A DNA stretch of 60,329 nt from an uncultured Anaerolineaceae bacterium (GTDB lineage Bacteria; Chloroflexota; Anaerolineae; Anaerolineales; Anaerolineaceae): contig CALMGN010000035.1 of NCBI GenBank assembly GCA_937863605.1, positions 1-60,329 on the forward strand, written 5' to 3'. The number at the start of each line of letters is the position of its first letter. Within the stretch, counting starts at the first letter, position 1. Made by a program: the position numbers and the translations under genes. Positions 37,095 through 46,949 of this stretch are shown here, piece by piece. The notes under the pieces are model-generated. The model had not been told where the DNA came from, did no database searches, and worked only from the letters and a program-made list of their open reading frames with translations.

Positions 37095-38063
37095 TTAATC
37101 TAATTTCTTCGCCAGTTCGATTAGACTTTCATCCAGTTTTTTAGGTTTGCCAACCACCTCGTCCAGTGGTGTGGTTTTGACCGCGCTGTTTATCATGCCA
37201 ACCAGCACCCCGGTCTCGCCTCGCGCTAGCGCATCGGTCGCACCAGCCCCCAGCCGTGAAGCCAGAATGCGGTCATAGGCTTGCGGGGTTCCACCGCGCT
37301 GCACATGCCCGAGGATGGTCACGCGCAGGTCAAAACCCAACCGCTCACGATGCTGCTTGAAATACTCGTCCAGTTTATTGGCGTTATACCGGGCGCCTTC
37401 CGCCACAACAATGATCGCGTGGGCTTTGCCGCGTTCGTAAGCTTCGGTCAGCGAGGCAGCAATTACTTCCGGGTCGACTTCCAGTTCAGGCAGGACCATT
37501 TCTTCTGCGCCGCCTGCAATGGCTGCCATCATCGCCAGGTAACCGCAATTGCGGCCCATCACTTCCACCAAGAATGCGCGCTGGTGGGATGACGCAGTGA
37601 TTTTCAGGCGGTCAATCGCTTCCAGGGCGATGTTGAGCGCTGTATCGACGCCAATCGTGATGTCGGAGCCGTAAAGATCATTATCGATCGTGGAAGCCAC
37701 ACCGACGACTGGAAAACCCAGGGTGTGCAGCGCATGGGCGCCGGTTTGCGAGCCGTTGCCGCCAATCACGACCAACCCTTCAATGTCGAACTGGTTCAGG
37801 TTGCGGATGGCTTTCAATTGCCCGGCCCGGGACTTAAATTCCTGGGACCGGGTGCTTCCAAGGATGGTGCCGCCGCGTTGCAATATACCGCCAACCTCGC
37901 GATCGCCAAGTGGGATGATTTTCCCATCAATCAAGCCCTCATAGCCGTTGCGAACCCCGAATACTTCCCAGCCATTGGCAATCCCGGTGCGGACAACCGC
38001 CCGGATGGCTGCATTCATTCCGGGAGCATCTCCCCCGCTGGTCAAAACGGCGATTTTCTTCAT
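37095..38063 (-). CDS. pfkA: ATP-dependent 6-phosphofructokinase
   Basis: TSGGDAPGMNAA, GGTILG, GGNGS, TIDND, EVMGR and GHVQRGG. Confidence 0.95.
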   Translation of the reverse strand: MKKIAVLTSGGDAPGMNAAIRAVVRTGIANGWEVFGVRNGYEGLIDGKIIPLGDREVGGILQRGGTILGSTRSQEFKSRAGQLKAIRNLNQFDIEGLVVIGGNGSQTGAHALHTLGFPVVGVASTIDNDLYGSDITIGVDTALNIALEAIDRLKITASSHQRAFLVEVMGRNCGYLAMMAAIAGGAEEMVLPELEVDPEVIAASLTEAYERGKAHAIIVVAEGARYNANKLDEYFKQHRERLGFDLRVTILGHVQRGGTPQAYDRILASRLGAGATDALARGETGVLVGMINSAVKTTPLDEVVGKPKKLDESLIELAKKLD

Positions 38064-38378
38064 TGTTCCACTATCCTCTCAAGGTTCCTTACAAAGCTAT
38101 GCGCGATTCTAACACGGTTTGAGGCTGCGTTCACGGCCGGTACCCGGCCCCACACCGCTCCGGGCGGGGTTCGCGCTGGGAAATATTTATGACACTTGGG
38201 GTACCAAGATTTGGCTTAATTGCAGTATGAACTCACTTGCCCTTTTGTTAGAATGATCTGGCATAAAATCTCGCATTGGGCAAATCCCTCGAATTAATCA
38301 AACAGTAAGTTGTTTCGAAACACCACTGGGTGCTCCTGATCAATTCAGGATGACCACTACCTCATACAAGGGAAAAAA

Positions 38379-40478
38379 ATGTCGGATTATCGTATCAGGC
38401 AACATCCCATCCTTCCCATTCCTGATCGTGAAGCGATCGAGTTTTACTGGCGTGGTAAAAAATTAGATGCTCTCGCTGGAGAAACCATTGCTTCAGCCTT
38501 ATTCGCCAACGGGGAACGGGTCTTTGGACATCATCACAAGGACGGTTCCCCGTTAGGCATTTTCTGCGCCAACGGGCAATGCTCGCAATGCATGGTGCTG
38601 GCTGAAGGTATGCCGGTTAAAGCCTGCATGGAACTGGTCAAGGCTGGGCAGCACATTGAACCCGCTGACGGGCTGCCGGAACTGCCACTGGTCACAGAAG
38701 CGCCAACGTTCAAACCCATTATTGACCGCAAGGTACAAGTATTGATCATCGGCGGCGGACCTGCCGGCTTATCAGCGGCGATTGAATTGGGTAACCGCGA
38801 CGTTCAGGTGCTGCTGGTGGACGATAAACACCGCCTTGGCGGCAAGCTGGTGCTGCAAACCCACCGCTTTTTCGGCTCAACCAAAGCGGTGTATGCCGGC
38901 ACGCGCGGCATTGACATCGCCACCCGGCTGGAAAAAGATCTACGCGCTCACCCTACGGTCGAAATATGGCTCAACAGCACCTGCCTGGCCGTTTTCAGCG
39001 ATAAAAAAATTGGCATCTTGAAACAAGGGCATGATTATGCGGTCATCGAGCCTGAAGTGCTGCTGGTGGCCTCGGGTGCCCGCGAAAAATTCCTGGCCTT
39101 CAAAGGCAATGCGCTGCCCGGTGTGTATGGTGCCGGCGCCTTCCAGACCCTGGTCAACCGCGACCTGGTACGCCCGGCTGAAAAGCTGTTTATCGTCGGC
39201 GGTGGCAATGTTGGACTGATCGCCGGCTATCACGCGCTCCAGGCAGGTATTCAAGTTGTCGGGCTGGTCGAAGCGCTGCCGGAATGCGGCGGCTACAAAG
39301 TTCATAAGGATAAGCTGGCGCGCATGGGTGTGCCAATTTACACCTCGCACACCATTTTGAGCGCCAATGGCGGCGAGAAAGTTGAATCGGTCACGATCGC
39401 CCAGGTTGACAGCGATTTCAAGCCGATCGCCGGCACCGAGAAATCTTTCGGGTGCGACAGCATCCTGATCGCCGTCGGATTAGACCCGGTCAACGAGTTT
39501 TATCTCAAAGCCAAACAGTACGGGTTGAATTGCTTTGTCGGCGGCGACGCGGAAGAAATCGCTGAAGCCTCTGCCGCAATATTCTCGGGGAAAATTCGCG
39601 GCATGGAGATTGCGCGATCCCTGGGCGTAGAAAAAGCGGAAATTCCGGTCGAATGGTATTGGACCAGTGAGATCCTGAAATCTAAGCCGGGCGACACCTT
39701 CTCGGAGGAACTGCCTGAAATCGAATCCGGCGTTTTCCCGGTGATCCATTGCACGCAGGAAATTCCCTGCGACCCGTGCTCCGGATTATGCTCGCACGGG
39801 CTGATTTACATTGACCGCAAGGATATCCGCCACGTTCCCTCTTTTCTGGGCAACAGTTACTGCTGCGAGGTGTGTGAAAAGTGCGTGGCAGGCTGCCCCG
39901 GGCTGGCGATCACCCTGGTCAATTACCGCGAGAACCCGGATTTGCCAGTGGTCTCGATCCCTTATGAATTCACCCGCCAGACGATTCAGGCCAACGACCG
40001 CGTGAGCGTATTGGATACCGAGGGCGGCGAACTCGGGCAGGTGGATGTCCTTTCGGTGCACGCTATTGAGAACAATGACCGCACCCTGGTCGTGGAGGTA
40101 AACGCTCCGCGCGAAATCGCGCAGCGGATTGCGGGGATTAAAGTGCAGGATGAAAAAGTCACACACCCGCTCGACCATTACGTGGCGCACATCGAGGACG
40201 ATACCATCGTCTGCCGCTGCGAGCATGTGACGGCCGGAGAAGTCCGCTCCCTCATCCGCGCCGGTTACCGGGACATGAACGAGATCAAGACCGTGTCACG
40301 GGCCGGCATGGGCGCCTGTGGTGGCAAGACTTGCGTCAGCTTGATCCTTCGTCTGTTCCGCGAGGAAGGCATCACCCGCGAGGAAATTACAGAATATTCG
40401 AAGCGGCCGGTTTTCATTGAAGTGCCGCTTGGCTTTTTGGCTGGTGCTAACGGACAGGAGAATGACGCCAATGATTAA
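38379..40478 (+). CDS. Multidomain Fe-S flavoprotein (sarcosine oxidase alpha / dye-linked proline dehydrogenase alpha-like)
   Basis: N-terminal 2Fe-2S (CANGQCSQC...AC), FAD/NAD Rossmann motifs GGGPAG and GGGNVG, a ferredoxin-like CDPCSGLC/CEVCEKCVAGCP, and a C-terminal BFD-like CRCE...GMGACGGKTC. Confidence 0.82.
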   Translation: MSDYRIRQHPILPIPDREAIEFYWRGKKLDALAGETIASALFANGERVFGHHHKDGSPLGIFCANGQCSQCMVLAEGMPVKACMELVKAGQHIEPADGLPELPLVTEAPTFKPIIDRKVQVLIIGGGPAGLSAAIELGNRDVQVLLVDDKHRLGGKLVLQTHRFFGSTKAVYAGTRGIDIATRLEKDLRAHPTVEIWLNSTCLAVFSDKKIGILKQGHDYAVIEPEVLLVASGAREKFLAFKGNALPGVYGAGAFQTLVNRDLVRPAEKLFIVGGGNVGLIAGYHALQAGIQVVGLVEALPECGGYKVHKDKLARMGVPIYTSHTILSANGGEKVESVTIAQVDSDFKPIAGTEKSFGCDSILIAVGLDPVNEFYLKAKQYGLNCFVGGDAEEIAEASAAIFSGKIRGMEIARSLGVEKAEIPVEWYWTSEILKSKPGDTFSEELPEIESGVFPVIHCTQEIPCDPCSGLCSHGLIYIDRKDIRHVPSFLGNSYCCEVCEKCVAGCPGLAITLVNYRENPDLPVVSIPYEFTRQTIQANDRVSVLDTEGGELGQVDVLSVHAIENNDRTLVVEVNAPREIAQRIAGIKVQDEKVTHPLDHYVAHIEDDTIVCRCEHVTAGEVRSLIRAGYRDMNEIKTVSRAGMGACGGKTCVSLILRLFREEGITREEITEYSKRPVFIEVPLGFLAGANGQENDAND

Positions 40479-41637
40479 TCCAACCCTGCCCCATTATGAT
40501 GTCGTGGTCATTGGCGCCGGCTCGATTGGCGCACCGGCAGCATTCTACCTGGCCCAGGCTGGCTACCGGGTGCTGGTATTGGACAGCGCTCCCAGCGTCG
40601 GGCAGACCTCTAATAAACGCGCCATCGGTGGTATTCGCGCCACCCATTCCGACCCGGCCAAAATTCGGCTATGTTTGCGCAACATCGAAATTTTCTCCAC
40701 CTGGAAAGAGCGCTATGGTGACGATATCGAATGGTCGGAAGGCGGGTATGTGTTCGTCGCCCGTGGGGAACGTGAAGAGAAAACCCTCAAGAACCTGCTC
40801 ATCACCCAAAAATCCTTCGGCCTGAACATCGATTGGCTCGATCAAAAGCAGCTGCTGCAGGTGGTGCCTGATTTGAACCCGGCCGAGGTTATCGGCGGAA
40901 CCTTTTCACCCGAAGACGGCAATGCCTCTCCGCTCCTAGCTGTGCACGCCTTTTACACCCATGCCATGGAGTATGGGGCTGAGTTCAGATTCAATGAAAA
41001 AGTTCAGGAAATCATCGTCCGCAGCGGGAAAGTGGTAGGGGTCAAGACGAACCGCGGCGAATACGGCACCGACGTTGTGGTGAACGCTGCCGGCGCATAT
41101 GCCAGTGAAATAGCGCAGTTGGCCGGTTTGAACGTTCCAGTCCGCCCCGATTCACACGAGGCTGCCATCACCGAAGCAGTGGCGCCCTTCCTCAAGCCCA
41201 TGATTGTTGACATTCAACCAGGACCAGGTTCCTCGAATTACTACTTTTACCAGCATCTAACCGGGCAAATCATTTTCTGTATCACCCCCTCGCCCAACAT
41301 CTGGGGTTTCGATACCGAAGAAACCAGCAGCTTCTTGCCCATGGTCGCCAAACGCATGGTTGATTTGATGCCGCGGCTCAAGAACATTCGTGTGCGGCGC
41401 ACCTGGCGCGGCCTCTACCCGATGACTCCCGATGGCGCACCGATTATTGGCTATGCGAAAGAAATTGATGGGTACCTGTATGCCGTGGGTATGTGCGGCC
41501 AGGGCTTTATGCTCGGTCCAGGGGTTGGTGAGCTGGTCACCCGGATCGTATCCCATCAATTGTTTGAGACCGACCCGAAAATCCTCGACATCTTATCTCC
41601 CTACCGCCAGTTCGCCGGGCAAGAGCTGTTGAAGTAG
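40471..41637 (+). CDS. FAD-dependent oxidoreductase, DAO family (sarcosine oxidase beta / proline dehydrogenase beta-like)
   Basis: DVVVIGAGSIG, VVNAAGA, WRGLYPMTPDGAPIIG and GQGFMLGP; overlaps the alpha gene. Confidence 0.85.
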   Translation: MINPTLPHYDVVVIGAGSIGAPAAFYLAQAGYRVLVLDSAPSVGQTSNKRAIGGIRATHSDPAKIRLCLRNIEIFSTWKERYGDDIEWSEGGYVFVARGEREEKTLKNLLITQKSFGLNIDWLDQKQLLQVVPDLNPAEVIGGTFSPEDGNASPLLAVHAFYTHAMEYGAEFRFNEKVQEIIVRSGKVVGVKTNRGEYGTDVVVNAAGAYASEIAQLAGLNVPVRPDSHEAAITEAVAPFLKPMIVDIQPGPGSSNYYFYQHLTGQIIFCITPSPNIWGFDTEETSSFLPMVAKRMVDLMPRLKNIRVRRTWRGLYPMTPDGAPIIGYAKEIDGYLYAVGMCGQGFMLGPGVGELVTRIVSHQLFETDPKILDILSPYRQFAGQELLK

Positions 41638-41646
41638 ACGGTGTAA

Positions 41647-41726
41647 CTGAAGCAATCTGCGCCAATTGTTCAAAACGCCAATCCTGTCCACCCAATGTAG
41701 TTTGCTTCACTTCGTTCGCACGGACA
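41647..41726. repeat. REP-like palindromic element (partial)
   Basis: CTGAAGCAATCT ... AGTTTGCTTCACTTCGTTCGCACGGACA, the same family as the copies at 4265 and 29861. Confidence 0.55.
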
Positions 41727-41854
41727 CTTAAGCCCTTTCCCGCCGGTGCTCAGCCGTCATTCTGGTAAATTGGAAATCGAACCAATAAATTGGTATAATT
41801 CCGGGTCGCTGTGAGCACGTCTATTAATCCTATCCTCGCAGCCTGGGAAAATTT

Positions 41855-42535
41855 ATGGGTTTAATTAAAGGTCTGATTTTTGATTTCGACGGCCTGATCC
41901 TCGATACCGAAGAGCCGTCTTACAGCGCCTGGGCGCAAATTTACACCGACCACGGGGTCGAACTTGACATCAACAATTGGGCAGGCGGACTTGGCTCGTC
42001 CGAAGCGGGGTTTAACCCCGTCGCCCACCTGCAAGGGATGCTCAACCACACCGTGGACGAAGCGATGCTGCGCAATACCGCTCGCATCAGCACCGATCAG
42101 GCGATTCATGGGCTTAAACCCCTGCCAGGCATTCTTACCACTTTGATCACCGCCAGGCAGATGGGTCTCAAATTGGCGGTTGCTTCCAGTTCGCCCCGTT
42201 CGTGGGTTGCCGGCCACTTGAAACGGCTTGACCTGTACCACTTCTTCAATTACGTCGTCTGCATGGAAGATGTGCCGCAGGTAAAACCGGCGCCCGACCT
42301 GTTTCTGGCTGCGCTGTCTGGTCTGGGCTTGAATTCGCCGGAAGCCATCGTATTCGAGGATTCGCCCAACGGCATCACCGCCGCCCGGCGCGCCGACATT
42401 TTCACCGTCGCTATCCCCAACATCGTCAGCAACCGGTTGAATACCTCGCATGCCAATCTGGTACTGCCGCGCATTGATGCGTTGCCTCTGTCAGAGTTGC
42501 TGCAAAACGCGGAAACCGCGGAAGTGCCTGCTTAG
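41855..42535 (+). CDS. HAD-IA family phosphatase
   Basis: FDFDGLILDTE, VASSS, KPAPD and FEDSPNG. Confidence 0.9.
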   Translation: MGLIKGLIFDFDGLILDTEEPSYSAWAQIYTDHGVELDINNWAGGLGSSEAGFNPVAHLQGMLNHTVDEAMLRNTARISTDQAIHGLKPLPGILTTLITARQMGLKLAVASSSPRSWVAGHLKRLDLYHFFNYVVCMEDVPQVKPAPDLFLAALSGLGLNSPEAIVFEDSPNGITAARRADIFTVAIPNIVSNRLNTSHANLVLPRIDALPLSELLQNAETAEVPA

Positions 42536-42681
42536 CTGGCAAATGTCTGGTCAACCAAGGGGGGCGGGTACCATAAAAGCTTCAATCGCTCTTGAATCTG
42601 GAATAAAGGGCGATATACTTGTTCTATTCAATTTACGGCTAAATCCTGGCCGTCAGCAGGAGCAATGCAGGTAAAGGTCGT

Positions 42682-44886
42682 ATGCAAATCGCTAATCTGA
42701 TGGAAATCCTTCCCCAGAATTTCAGCGTCGTTGACCGGGATATGGTCATGCGGGCATACCACTTTGCCGATGAAATGCATGCCGGGCAAAAACGCGTTTC
42801 CGGCGAGCCGTATGTCAGCCACTGCGTGGCAGTAGCCGGCATTCTGGCTGAAATGCAGGTCACCCCGACCATCATTATCGCTGCGCTGCTGCACGACACG
42901 GTAGAAGATACCCGCGCCACCCCGGCCGTTATCCAGAAAGAGTTTGGTGAAGAGGTCGCCAAACTGGTCGAAGGCGTTACCAAACTGACCAATCTGCCGC
43001 GCGTCAGTCGCGGTGACCAACATAACGGCAACGCTGCCAGCGCCGATGAACCGCCCGAAGAACTTCCGCCCATGGCGGCCAAATTGAAACGGCGCGACCT
43101 GGCCAATGAAACCCTGCGCAAGGTGTTTTTGGCCATGGGTGACGACATCCGGGTGGTTCTGATCAAACTTGCCGACCGGCTGCACAACATGCGCACGCTG
43201 GGATACATGTCTGAGGTCAAACGCCAGCGCATTGCCCAGGAAACCATGGACATCTTCGCTCCTCTGGCCAACCGTTTGGGTATCTGGCAAATCAAATGGG
43301 AACTGGAGGATCTGGCGTTCCGCTACCTCAACCCGGACAAGTACCGCGAGATCGCTGAAAACCTGGCCGAACGCCGCCAGGACCGTGAAGGCATGATCCA
43401 GAAGATTATCGATAATCTGCAGGCCGTGCTGGCCCGTAACGAGATCAAAGCCGAAATTTCCGGCCGCCCGAAGCACATCTATTCCATCTACAAAAAAATG
43501 GCCGAGAAGGGCAAACCCTTCGAGATGGTACGCGACCTGCGGGCATTCCGCTGCATCGTCAAGGACATCCCTTCCTGCTACGCCGCGCTGGGCGTTATCC
43601 ACACTACGTGGCGGCCCATCCCGCAGGAATTTGACGATTACATTGCGGCGCCAAAAGACAATTTTTACCAGTCCCTGCATACCGCGGTGATTTACGATGA
43701 CGGCAAGCCGCTGGAAGTTCAAATCCGTACCGTGGAAATGCACCAGAATGCGGAATTTGGTATTGCCGCCCATTGGCGCTACAAAGAACGCGGGCACCGC
43801 GACGAGTTGTACGAGCAGCGCATCAACTGGTTCCGGCACATCATGGAATGGCGGCAGGAAATCGAGGACGCCCAGGAATTCGTCGACTCGATGAAGAGCG
43901 ACGTCTTCCAGGATCGGGTTTATGTCTTCACCCCGCGTGGCGACATCATCGATATGCCTGCCGGTTCCACGCCCATTGACTTTGCCTATCACGTCCACAC
44001 CGAAATCGGCAACCGCTGCCGCGGCGCCAAGGTGAACGGCAAGCTGGTTACATTGGATTACGAGCTTAAAACAGGTGACCAGGTCGAAATTTTAGCTGCC
44101 AAACAGGGCGGTCCCAGCCGCGACTGGCTCAACCCGTCGCTCGGGCTGGTGAAAACCCAGCGCGCCCGCTCCAAGATCCGTGCCTGGTTCAAGCGTCAAG
44201 ACCGCGACCAGAACCTGGTGCAAGGCAAGGCGATGCTCGAAAAAGAGCTGCGCCGCCTGGGTGTGAGCGATTTCTCCGTCGAGACTCTAGCCAAGGATTT
44301 CGATTTTCGCTTGGTGGATGACCTGTACGTTGCCATCGGCACCGGCGACATCGGTCTCGGCCGCATCGTCAACCGGGTGAGCGAGGAGACAGCGCCCAAA
44401 GACCCGGTTCTCTTCCCCCTGTCGCCGCGCGAAGCCAAAACCGGGGATGGCGGTGTGACAGTACTCGGCTTGAAAGGCTTGCTCACCACCATGGCACGCT
44501 GCTGCAACCCGGCTCCGGGGGATCCGATCGTGGGATACATTACCCGCGGACGCGGCGCCACTATTCACCGCCAGGACTGCCCGAACATGCTGCGCATGAA
44601 AGACCGCGAACGGATGATCAAGGTGACCTGGGGCGAGGCGCACCAGGTATACCCGGTTTCGGTGGCCATCAAGGCCTATGACCGGGCCGGTTTGATGAAT
44701 GATATCTCGCTGATCATTGCCAATGAAGACGTCAACTTGATCGATATCGAAATCAAGGTGACCCAAAATCTGGCAACCATTCTCATGGTACTGGAAGTGA
44801 GCGACATTTCGCAGTTAAGCCGGGTGCTGAACCGCATCGAGAACCTGCCCAATGTGATGGAAGCTCACCGCCAACACCCAGGTTGA
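42682..44886 (+). CDS. rel: Long RelA/SpoT homolog, (p)ppGpp synthetase/hydrolase
   Basis: HD domain LHDTVED and [12 protein letters not shown]; synthetase [14 protein letters not shown] and EVQIRT; TGS, CC and ACT domains. Confidence 0.96.
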   Translation: MQIANLMEILPQNFSVVDRDMVMRAYHFADEMHAGQKRVSGEPYVSHCVAVAGILAEMQVTPTIIIAALLHDTVEDTRATPAVIQKEFGEEVAKLVEGVTKLTNLPRVSRGDQHNGNAASADEPPEELPPMAAKLKRRDLANETLRKVFLAMGDDIRVVLIKLADRLHNMRTLGYMSEVKRQRIAQETMDIFAPLANRLGIWQIKWELEDLAFRYLNPDKYREIAENLAERRQDREGMIQKIIDNLQAVLARNEIKAEISGRPKHIYSIYKKMAEKGKPFEMVRDLRAFRCIVKDIPSCYAALGVIHTTWRPIPQEFDDYIAAPKDNFYQSLHTAVIYDDGKPLEVQIRTVEMHQNAEFGIAAHWRYKERGHRDELYEQRINWFRHIMEWRQEIEDAQEFVDSMKSDVFQDRVYVFTPRGDIIDMPAGSTPIDFAYHVHTEIGNRCRGAKVNGKLVTLDYELKTGDQVEILAAKQGGPSRDWLNPSLGLVKTQRARSKIRAWFKRQDRDQNLVQGKAMLEKELRRLGVSDFSVETLAKDFDFRLVDDLYVAIGTGDIGLGRIVNRVSEETAPKDPVLFPLSPREAKTGDGGVTVLGLKGLLTTMARCCNPAPGDPIVGYITRGRGATIHRQDCPNMLRMKDRERMIKVTWGEAHQVYPVSVAIKAYDRAGLMNDISLIIANEDVNLIDIEIKVTQNLATILMVLEVSDISQLSRVLNRIENLPNVMEAHRQHPG

Positions 44887-44893
44887 GGTTTTA

Positions 44894-46153
44894 ATGTCCG
44901 ATTCCCCATTGCTGCCCGTCAAAGACGCCTTGAATCGCATATTAGCAAATTTTTCTCCGCTTTCCACTGAACCAGCGGATCTTTTCCAGGCAGCCGGCCG
45001 TGTGCTGGCGGAGGACATCCTCGCGGAATTCGACCTGCCGCCTTTCGACAATTCCAGCATGGACGGGTTTGCCCTGCACGCCGCCGACCGCCCGGCGCAA
45101 CCCGGGTCCGAGCCGGTGACTGTCAAAGTAATCGGCGACATCCCGGCAGGTGTCCGCCCGATCCTCACTTTACATCCCGGGCAGGCAGCCCGCATTATGA
45201 CGGGTGCTCCCCTACCCGGGGGGGCAGACTGTGTTGCTCCCGTCGAAGATACTGATTTTCCGTACCGCGAGTCGCGCGAACTGCCGGACTCGGTGCGCAT
45301 AATGCGTTTTCCGTCAACTGGCGCCAACATCCGGCCGCGCGGGCAGGATACGGCTGCAGGCGAGGTTTTACTGCGTGCCGGGCAGCTGCTGCATCCATCG
45401 GCTGTCGCGCTGCTGGCTTCGCTCGGGCATGCGGATGTTTTTGTCCAGCGCCAGCCGCGGGTCGCCATCCTGTCCACCGGCGACGAGCTGATCAAGCCAG
45501 GCACCCCGCTGCAGCCCGGCCAGATCTACGAATCCAACAGCCTGCTGATCAGCGGTTTGACGGCTCAAGCGGGTGCAATTCCGCTGCAGCTTGGCATCGC
45601 CGTTGACCAGCCGGAGATCATCCGGGAGAAGCTGGACCAGGCCGTCGACGCCGGCGCTGACCTGATTTTGACCTCCGCCGGGGTCAGCGTGGGCGTGTAT
45701 GATTACGTCCGGCAGGTGATCGAGGCGAACGGACGGCTGGACCTATGGCGGGTCAACATGCGGCCAGGGAAACCGCTGGCTTACGGCCGCTATCACAACA
45801 CTCCCGTCATCGGGTTGCCCGGTAACCCGGTCTCCGCTTTTGTCGGATTTATGGTCTTCGTCGTCCCGGTGATTCAACGCCTGCTGGGCCTGCCTGATAG
45901 ACCGCGAAATTTGCGCCGGGCACGACTGGGGCATCTGGTGGTATCCGATGGGCGCGAGAGTTACCTGCGCGCCGAAGTGCAGGCCGGACCGGACGGCCTG
46001 ACCGCGCGCATCACCTCACATCAAGGCTCCGGCAACCTGCTGTCCATTGTCCGGTCAAACGCTTTACTGATTATCCCCTCTGGGGTAAAATCGCTCCCGG
46101 CGGGTACTGAAGTTGATATCTGGTTATCGGCTGACACTATTATGGAAGGATAG
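44894..46153 (+). CDS. moeA: Molybdopterin molybdotransferase MoeA
   Basis: [37 protein letters not shown] and LPGNPVS. Confidence 0.95.
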   Translation: MSDSPLLPVKDALNRILANFSPLSTEPADLFQAAGRVLAEDILAEFDLPPFDNSSMDGFALHAADRPAQPGSEPVTVKVIGDIPAGVRPILTLHPGQAARIMTGAPLPGGADCVAPVEDTDFPYRESRELPDSVRIMRFPSTGANIRPRGQDTAAGEVLLRAGQLLHPSAVALLASLGHADVFVQRQPRVAILSTGDELIKPGTPLQPGQIYESNSLLISGLTAQAGAIPLQLGIAVDQPEIIREKLDQAVDAGADLILTSAGVSVGVYDYVRQVIEANGRLDLWRVNMRPGKPLAYGRYHNTPVIGLPGNPVSAFVGFMVFVVPVIQRLLGLPDRPRNLRRARLGHLVVSDGRESYLRAEVQAGPDGLTARITSHQGSGNLLSIVRSNALLIIPSGVKSLPAGTEVDIWLSADTIMEG

Positions 46154-46165
46154 GAACTGAGCGTT

Positions 46166-46597
46166 ATGAAATCGTTGCGTACCATCGCAATCACCGCAGC
46201 TGTCCTTGGCATTCTTGATTCGGTTTACCTGCTCATTATCAAATTATCCAATAACAAAGCCCTGTGCATTCAGGGGGTAGGCGACTGCTGGTCGGTCAAC
46301 ACCAGCCGTTACTCCGAAGTCTTTGGCATCCCCCTGTCCGTCCTCGGGATCATCGCCTATGCTGTTATTCTGACGCTGTGGATTTTGCTGCCGCGCAACG
46401 ATTTCTTCAAGCGCAATATCCCCATCGTCAATTTTATGCTGTCGCTCATCGGAGTAATTTATTCTGCATACTTGACGTACCTTGAAATTGCGGTTATAAA
46501 AGCGATTTGTCCATTCTGTGTAGTTTCAGCAATTTTGTTAGTTATTTTGTTTATCGTCTCATTGATTCAGCTAATTCAGGGGCCAGGGGACGAATAA
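46166..46597 (+). CDS. Vitamin K epoxide reductase (VKOR) family membrane protein
   Basis: Loop cysteines C..C..V..S.YS, TM helices and a CPFC redox motif. Confidence 0.88.
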   Translation: MKSLRTIAITAAVLGILDSVYLLIIKLSNNKALCIQGVGDCWSVNTSRYSEVFGIPLSVLGIIAYAVILTLWILLPRNDFFKRNIPIVNFMLSLIGVIYSAYLTYLEIAVIKAICPFCVVSAILLVILFIVSLIQLIQGPGDE

Positions 46598-46615
46598 TCT
46601 TTCGAGGAGCATTCA

Positions 46616-46846
46616 ATGCCAAAAATCCGCTGCCATTATAACGACTGCGCTTTTCTTGACGAAGGCTATTGCAGCGCCGCCCTTGTCGAAATCAACCCTG
46701 ATAAAGGCTGCCTGACCTATAACCCCATCGCTGAAGCGGAACACGATGACGATTGGGATGACCCTGAAGAAGAAGAATGGGAAGAGCTCGAAGAGGAACC
46801 CGAAGAGGATGATGAGGACTGGGGAGACGAGGAAGAAGAGTTCTAG
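46616..46846 (+). CDS. Small four-Cys protein (DUF1540-like) with a highly acidic tail
   Basis: IRCHYNDCAFLDEGYCSAALVEI...CLTY followed by a D/E/W-rich tail; GAGGAG SD. Confidence 0.7.
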   Translation: MPKIRCHYNDCAFLDEGYCSAALVEINPDKGCLTYNPIAEAEHDDDWDDPEEEEWEELEEEPEEDDEDWGDEEEEF

Positions 46847-46902
46847 GCCTTTCCCCCGCTGCAGATTGGAAGGGATCTGCCCCAAATAATTCTGATTGAG
46901 AC

Positions 46903-46935
46903 CTCGCCCCGGGAATGATGACCGGGGCTTTCTTT
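46903..46935 (+). terminator. Probable intrinsic terminator
   Basis: GCCCCGG...CCGGGGC followed by TTTCTTT. Confidence 0.6.
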
Positions 46936-46949
46936 ACCAAAATACCCAT

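Noticed and set aside
38259-38274. Sigma54-like site TGGCATAAAATCTCGC
   Set aside because: GG-to-GC spacing is 11 nt instead of the required 10, and TTGC is absent.
38255-38378. Glycine riboswitch ahead of the sarcosine-oxidase-like operon
   Set aside because: The conserved GGAGAG/CCGAAG/CTCTCAGG elements were not found.
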